Part shown: positions 61,779 through 64,000 of the stretch, in pieces
How positions within the stretch are numbered: the stretch's first letter is position 1
Layout of the letters: each line of letters opens with the position of its first letter
Notes under the pieces: generated by a model
The model's input: only the letters and a program-made list of their open reading frames with translations
Told to the model about the DNA's origin: nothing
Database searches by the model: none
Made by a program: the position numbers and the translations under genes
Assembly: GCA_030390025.1 (NCBI GenBank)
Contig: CM059432.1
Coordinates: 144,896,001-144,960,000, forward strand
Direction: 5' to 3'
DNA: 64,000 nt
Origin: Squalus acanthias
Taxonomy: Eukaryota

Positions 61779-62583
61779 GTAAGGAATTTTATGACAAGTC
61801 ATTAAGTTTTTAAATTCTAACCAGAGTCAGTGGAAATCTGTAGAATTTTCCCATTGTGTTTTCATCAAATAAGCAGATAGAAGCATTCACTATCAGAGTA
61901 AACCAGCAGAACCTCACTGAGCCACTGCATTTACCAACATTCGTGTTTCTTGGATTGGACCTCCTGTTTATTCTGCAGTATTCTACTAATGTAATTCTGA
62001 TGTGGCAGTGCTGGGCGTGATTTTATTGCCATTTTATGTAATGTGCTATTGTACAAGTTGGACTATCAGTAGCAATAGTCAGTGACTGTAACACAGCCAT
62101 TTCCTCTGGCCATGTAACTATTTTGGCCTCCTACTGGCCAATGCTGTTTGGGTGGCTTGTTCTAAATTTGATATGGCAAATGTGAAAGTTGTGCTGATAC
62201 AATCAAGCATTATTTCAATATGCAGTGGAATCTGCAGGAAGAAAATGCAAAGATTAATATGCACATTAAGTTTGTTTCACATTTCTGTTTGTTGACTGTT
62301 CTCCATTTTGCTGCTTCGTGTTTCTATTTCCAAGAAGTGATGTAAATCAATTTATTACCATATAATAGAAGTGAGCAGCTTAGCAAGCATACTGTGGTCT
62401 AACTAAGATGCATCACTCCTCTTGATTATTGAAAGTTACGTTCTTGTAATTACGTGGCAAACTGATCAGTGTTTTTTTCTTTAGATTAACACCATTCACT
62501 GCCCACGATGCCACATCTCGCATCCCAGAATAGGATATGCATAGCTCTAAACTTGAATATCTTTTTTTTTTAAATATGCATAG

Positions 62584-62685
62584 GTGGAAGAATGTTTAGA
62601 AAAGTACATGGATTCCTACGATATAGTACTGGTGAGAGAAGAGACATTAGATCTGACCAACGCTATCCTTCAGAAGATCCTGTGA
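62584..62685 (+). CDS. NT5C3A: NT5C3A last coding exon
   Basis: Reads [37 protein letters not shown]. The nine exons sum to 996 nt. Confidence 0.97.
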   Translation: MEECLEKYMDSYDIVLVREETLDLTNAILQKIL

Positions 62686-62915
62686 TATGAGGACTGAAGG
62701 CGTCGAGGCCTGTGGGAGCTCAGAACTGAAATACTCTTCTACTTTTTGTTTTGTTTAATTGATCAGCCCCATTTATTGAAAATGCTGCTCATTCTTCAAC
62801 ACCTTGAACTGAAGAAAGTATGTATTTTTTAAATTTGCACAAGAGTAACAATGAATGATGTGTCCTCACAATGAATGAAGAGAATTTGACCTGTTCTTTA
62901 CTAAGATAGGCAGTT

Positions 62916-63595
62916 AAGAACATAAGAAATAGGAGCAGGAGTAGGCTATTCGGCCCTTCGAGCCTGCTCTGCCATTCACTAAGATCATGGCTGATCTTCT
63001 ACCTCAACTCCACCTTCCCGCACTATCCTCATATCCCTTGATTCCCTTAATATCCAAAAATCTATCGATCTCAGTCTTGAATATTCTCAATGACTGAGTA
63101 TCCACAGCCCTCTGGGGTAGAGAATTCCAAAGATTCACAACCCTTTGAATGAAGAAATTTATCCTCATCTCAGTCCTAAATGGCTGAACCCTTATTCTGA
63201 GACTGTGACCCCTAGTTCTAGACTCCCCAGCCAGGGGAAACATCCTCCCAGCATCTACCCTGTCAAGCCCTGTAAGAATTTTATGTTTCAATGACATCGC
63301 CCCTCATTCTTCTAAATTCAAGGGAATATAGACCTAGTCTCCTCAATCTTTCCTCGTAGGACAATCCCTCCATCCCAGGAATCAGTCTGGTGAAGCATTG
63401 CACTCCCTCTAAGTATATCCTTCCTTAAGTAAGGAGACCAAAACTGTACACAGTACTCCAGGTGTGGTCTCGCCAAAGCCCTATATAATTGCTGTAAGAC
63501 TTCTTTACTCTTATACTCCAATCCCTTTGTAATAAAGGCTAACCTGCCATTTGCTTTCCTAATTGCTTGCTGTACCTGCATGTTAATTTTCAGTT
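62916..63595 (-). mobile_element. CR1 LINE 3' end just downstream of the NT5C3A stop
   Basis: ORF2 C-terminal peptides and a TTATGTTC tail. Confidence 0.9.
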
Positions 63596-64000
63596 ATACA
63601 GCTAGGTCAGCCACAGGCCTGCTTCACAGATTTAGACTACCTCTAGATTTAATAGTTTAAATTCTGACTTTAACATTTTGAAACATTTCCATGTTTGGTG
63701 GTACAGTATACATTGTTTAATGAGGATTGAGTATTGTAAGCTTGGTTCATTGAATGGCCAAATTGCCTGCATATAACTATCACTAGTTGTTCTGTCCAAG
63801 AAATGACCATTAAGGCAGTTTTTATTTAACTTTTTTTGCTAACATTTTGTAGTTGTAGATAATTCTGAGGATACTTTTGGTTTATTTGATTATACCTTGT
63901 GTTGCCTATCTGACATTGTCATCTGTATATTTTAAAACTAATGATGTACATGAAAGAAATAGTTGTACAGTACATTAAATTGGTGGAGAGTGCGTTTTTA

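Overview
Vertebrate nuclear DNA, most likely a cartilaginous fish (shark), judged from the CR1/L2/Penelope/Deu-SINE repeat content. Two genes lie head to head. BBS9 is on the minus strand: its first three coding exons are at 18553-18658, 17645-17795 and 1446-1510, its CpG promoter is near 30.0-30.3 kb, and it continues off the left edge. NT5C3A (cytosolic 5'-nucleotidase IIIA) is complete on the plus strand: 9 coding exons spanning 35736-62685, 996 nt, 331 aa, all introns GT-AG, plus a candidate alternative start exon at 45459-45510. Most of the rest is transposon-derived: nested CR1, L2 and RTE LINEs, a solo LTR, Tc1/mariner-, hAT- and Harbinger-type MITEs, SINEs and minisatellites. The most unusual structure is a family of short, TSD-flanked fold-back Penelope-type insertions, each with a minimal hammerhead ribozyme motif on both strands. 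One of them holds a near-intact Neptune-type Penelope RT/GIY-YIG element in its loop, between the two promoters. Family and orthology calls rest on recalled sequences, not database searches, and LINE boundaries are approximate.
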